From positions 496,001 to 560,000 of the forward strand of contig JAPETS010000001.1 in NCBI GenBank assembly GCA_026023565.1: a DNA stretch of 64,000 bases. The letters run 5' to 3'. Source of the stretch: Cirrosporium novae-zelandiae. Taxonomy: Eukaryota. Made by a program: the position numbers and the translations under genes. Numbering within the stretch: position 1 is the first letter of the stretch; each line of letters opens with the position of its first letter. Positions 59,915-64,000 of the stretch are shown piece after piece. Under the pieces are notes generated by a model that was not told the origin of the DNA, made no database searches, and worked only from the letters and a program-made list of their open reading frames with translations.

Positions 59915-60412
59915 AATACCAAGGTTTTGGTGGAATCACTACTGTACCTACATACTCGATTATACACCGACAAGCCTCCAAAAGCCTTAAAGCCAAGCCC
60001 ATCATTTTCTTTGTTGGTCCTTTGGTCCTTGACCTTTTCGGTTCGTCAGCGCGTCTAAAACCATTCATCAGCAGCAGCAGCAGTCAGAACCCAGCAAAAA
60101 CCTACAGAACTCATAGGACTCACAGAACGCAGAGAACCCAGGAATCTCCTAATTCGATCGGTCTCAGCAATTCAATTCCTTTCCCTCGCATACTGTCCCA
60201 GACTAGAAAATCCCCCCTCCCAAACCCTTACCAAAACCAAACCCCCCCCCCCCCCACTCTCCAAAGTCTTAATTCCTAATCCCAGTCAACTAACCTGAGA
60301 GTCGCACCTGCCGCCAGATCTCACCATTGCTGCGACCTGCACTTAACAACCTTCTCCCTCTTCTCCCCCTCCTCCTCCCTCCTGCTTTTGGCTTCTCACA
60401 TACATCGACCTA

Positions 60413-62703
60413 ATGAGCTCCAAATTCAAAATCTGGAATAGAAAGAAGAGCAGCAGCAGCAACAATCTTCCCACCCAAGGCAACCTCTCGCTTCCAACTC
60501 CAGGCTCCCTTAATAGTAGCAATCAATCCGCTACAAGCATCCCACCCATGAATCCTAATCAACAACAACTCGGTAGGCCGCCGAGTTATACCTATAATCC
60601 AAATACTGGTCGAGCTAGTCCAATGCCTCCCATTCCTCCACCCATCAATACCGGTGTTTATCAAGGTGGTCATCCAGCCATGGCCGGTCCACCCGCCCCA
60701 CCAGGATATGGAGGAGCATACGTGCCTGCCGGTGCCGTCCAGCATGCCGGTTATGGTCAGACACCTGCTTTTGAGGTCGAAGGCGCTGCTAGAAGCAAGG
60801 CTCAGCTAATTGTTGGAATTGACTTTGTAAGGCTGAATATATTATGGCACCGATTAGATACTGATAATTGACTAGGGAACAACATTCTCCGGTGTCGCAT
60901 TCGCATTCGCCACCAACAACGAAGCGAAGGAAGATATTATTACAGAATGGCCTGGAGCCGGAAATCAAACAAAACAAAAGGTTGGTGTTTGTCAACATTG
61001 TTGCATATTTATCTAACACATTTATAGATCCCTACTGTTCTCTACTATGATCAATATCAGAAGGTTGTTGGGTGGGGCCCCGACATTGCAGAAGCGCTGG
61101 CTCCTACAGGCTATCCCAAGGCCGGGGTGCAAAAGGTAGAATGGTTCAAATTACAACTGATGCTGTCTGGAAATACATACATTGATCCCATCAATCTCCC
61201 ACCACTTCCTCCTGGGAAGTCCGAAATTGATGTTGCGGCAGACTATCTCTTTAAACTGCGGCAGGCAATGCGGGCTTCGCTTCAGAAAACTCTAGGTGAA
61301 GTATTCAACCGCGAAGAGCGCAACATCCGATATTTCCTTACTGTCCCTGCTATTTGGAACGATGCGGCCAAGGCTGCAACAAGAGCCGCTGCCATCCAGG
61401 CCGGCTTCCTCCGAGACGAAAACGATCCACGTCTCACCTTAGTCACCGAACCCGAAGCGGCAGCAATGTTTTGCTCCAAAATTGGCCTATTAAATCTCAA
61501 AATACATGATGCTGTTCTTATCGTCGATTGTGGTGGTGGTACGGTTGATTTAATCGCCTATGAGGTTGAAGAAGAGACACCATTCAGTGTCGCTGAATGC
61601 ACTGCTGGTTCCGGTGATTCCTGCGGATCCACTGCGCTGAACCGAAATTTCAGTAACATTCTTCGAGCTAAGATTCGAAAGATGAAACTTCCGGATGGGT
61701 CGAGAACTGCTGGTCGGGTTTATGCCAAGTGCATTATGGACTTTGAAAATCGGATAAAAGCAGATTTCAGAAATAATGGATCAAAATGGGCGGTTGATGT
61801 GGGTCTCGAAGCCGAGTTCCCAGAAGCGGGCATCGAGGAAGGATACATGACATTTACCAATGAAGAGATTCTTCAATGCTTTGAGCCTGTCGTCAACAGG
61901 ATATTAGAACTTGTCCGCAATCAAATCATTGCGATCCAAGCACAGAACCGAACATTGCAGGTAGGTCGAGCCAAAATTACACTTTCTCGCAGTTCACTAA
62001 CGTTATGCAGAATGTCCTCGTGGTTGGTGGCTTTGGTGCCTCTGAGTATCTTTTCCAACAAATAAAACTCCACGTACCTCCGCAATTCCAATCCAAAGTT
62101 GTTCGGCCGATGGATTCTGTCGCTGCTATTGTCAAGGGCGCTGTTACTGCTGGCATTACGGAACGGGTCGTTACATCTCGTGTCGCCCGCCGACATTATC
62201 TGATGGCAACCCTCCAGCCTTTCAAAGAAGGCCACCATCCCGAGCAATATCGTGTGCCAAGTCTTGACGGGAAGGATAGATGCAAATACACGAGGCAAAT
62301 ATTTGTGCACAAAGGGGAGAGGGTCAAGATTGGAGAGCCGGTCAAAGTTAGCTTCTTTAGGCAAGTTGCTCCAGGGGCATCGTTGATGTACGAGGATATC
62401 CTCTATGCTTGTGATGAGGATGTATGCCCAGAATACACAAAAGATCCCCGTAAGTTCCATTAGTTTCACTCTGCAGAGGTCGAAAACTGACGTCTATAAT
62501 CAGGCATCAAGGAAGTCGTCACCTTAACATCTGATCTTTCCCGCAAAAACCTCGAAAAGGATTTCGAGAGAATGGACACCCCCCAAGGGACTTTCTATCG
62601 TGTATATTTCGACATCTACCTTACTCTAGACGGCTCTGAATTCAATGCCGAATTGGTCTGCCAGGGTGAAGTCATGGGAAGATGCTCAGCAAGATTCAGA
62701 TAA
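60413..62703 (+). CDS. Atypical Hsp70-family (HSPA12-like) protein, multi-exon
   Basis: IVGIDF|GTTFSGVAF, LTVPAIWND, TEPEAAA, IVDCGGGTVDL and LVVGGFGASEYL. Stop TAA at 62701-62703. Confidence 0.9.
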
Positions 62704-64000
62704 ATCCATCAAGACCCCAATCTATCTCTTTTGGAATTACGGAAATTCTCGGTCAGGGTACATACAGACTTCGGCAACCAAAATACAACTAGTAACAGAT
62801 TTCTGCGGATGGCGTCCTTGAGTATCGTGCTTGGCTTCCCCAACATGAATTGCGATTAACGGCCTCGTGATACTTTCCTATACCGCATGTTTGGCGACAC
62901 TATTTGGGCGTTGTGCTTTTGACTCGCCCTTTTCATGTGGACGTTTTAATGAATGATACTCCTTCTTTGAGATACACCAATTGGCTTTATTTCTGTTCAA
63001 TGGTGATGTGAGGCGCTGGATGGATAGCAGGTTTCTTTTTTTCCCTTTCGAGGCCACATCACGATTAAATTGGGTGAACGGCATGGTCGGACGGAAGGAT
63101 GGATGTCCTCAGACTAGGTACTCTAGGGGTATGTTCTGTTGTTCTTTAGTTTATGGACTGATGGTATATCTTCTTATCGGGGTGGCCTGGAAGAGAGTTA
63201 GCTATAGATGAACAGGTACAACAAGCGTCCGTCTGTAGGTTTTTATACCTACACTCATCATGTGATTAGGGAAGTGAGAATTGAAAAGATAGTGTTTTTC
63301 AGCAGATGTCTGGCAATATTTAATTTTATCGAAAGCAAGTTCGTGTAATGCAAGGTAGGAGGAGATCGTTCAAAGGATGCACAAGGTCACTGATTATGCT
63401 GGGTAGCAAATAACTGGATTCTGTTCAATTTGAGAAGCTCAGGGGAAAGTGGAGGCTCTCCGGAGAAAGAGTGCGACGTATACCATGGGAAAGTAGTACT
63501 TGGGACAAAATACATAATGGCATTCATCCATATGTTGCATTGCGGAACTGATGGGACACTTGGGAAATCGGATAACATGACTTTCCAAAGCAATTGGATG
63601 ATTTATGAAGTGATAGAGACCAGATCTATGGCATGAAAATAATCCTTCAATCGGATGTCGGATTTATTTTCATCATGTTTTAAATCTCTAAAGATATTTT
63701 AGATGATTTTATGAAGACGATGTAATGCCATGGCCAGATTGTTATCCGAAGAAAACCCGAGCCATACTATGGAAAACGGGGAGCGTTACTTTTATATCCT
63801 TAGATCGGAAAGGTTTGCCTATTGCTTCGGCCAGGTGACTGGTACCGAACAGGGAGGTTAGACCGCGTGTTTGTGGAGTTGGAGATTAGTTGGGGATTTT
63901 CTGGGGATCTCCAGACCGGCAATTATCCCTACAGTGTGGGTGATTCCCCACATCACCTTTTCTTCATGAATCATTCATGTATGCAACAGCTGTCTATGAC

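Noticed and set aside
59719..60068. His/Thr- and Cys/Val-rich ORFs
   Set aside because: Translations of the CA/TA microsatellite, and likewise at 25852-26196.

Overview
This is a gene-dense, intron-containing window from a filamentous ascomycete (Pezizomycotina; protein styles look Eurotiomycete-like, but the taxon cannot be fixed from sequence alone). It holds about 21 protein-coding loci: S10 carboxypeptidase 3' end, PAP2 phosphatase, a small hypothetical protein, choline kinase, auxin-efflux-carrier-family transporter, LHS1, SDA1, Spd1/Dif1-type RNR inhibitor, amidase, UNC-93-like MFS, PhyH dioxygenase, histidine acid phosphatase, PPR protein, C2H2 TF, SPT20, Pex22-like, GCD1, SWC5, MIF-like, DJ-1/PfpI and an Hsp70-like protein. 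It also holds a U2 snRNA, a GMC oxidoreductase pseudogene, a degenerate tRNA-like element and several microsatellite-rich islands. Highlights: (1) a divergent BrlA-like C2H2 regulator next to SPT20, with a dense CATTCY (AbaA-type) site cluster and a possible uORF plus 5' intron upstream; (2) a putative nitrogen-scavenging cluster (pseudo-GMC, amidase, MFS, PhyH) whose promoters share a duplicated multi-block element; (3) an unassigned, hairpin-rich ~250-nt segment upstream of the BrlA-like gene. Spliced gene boundaries were read by eye and are approximate.
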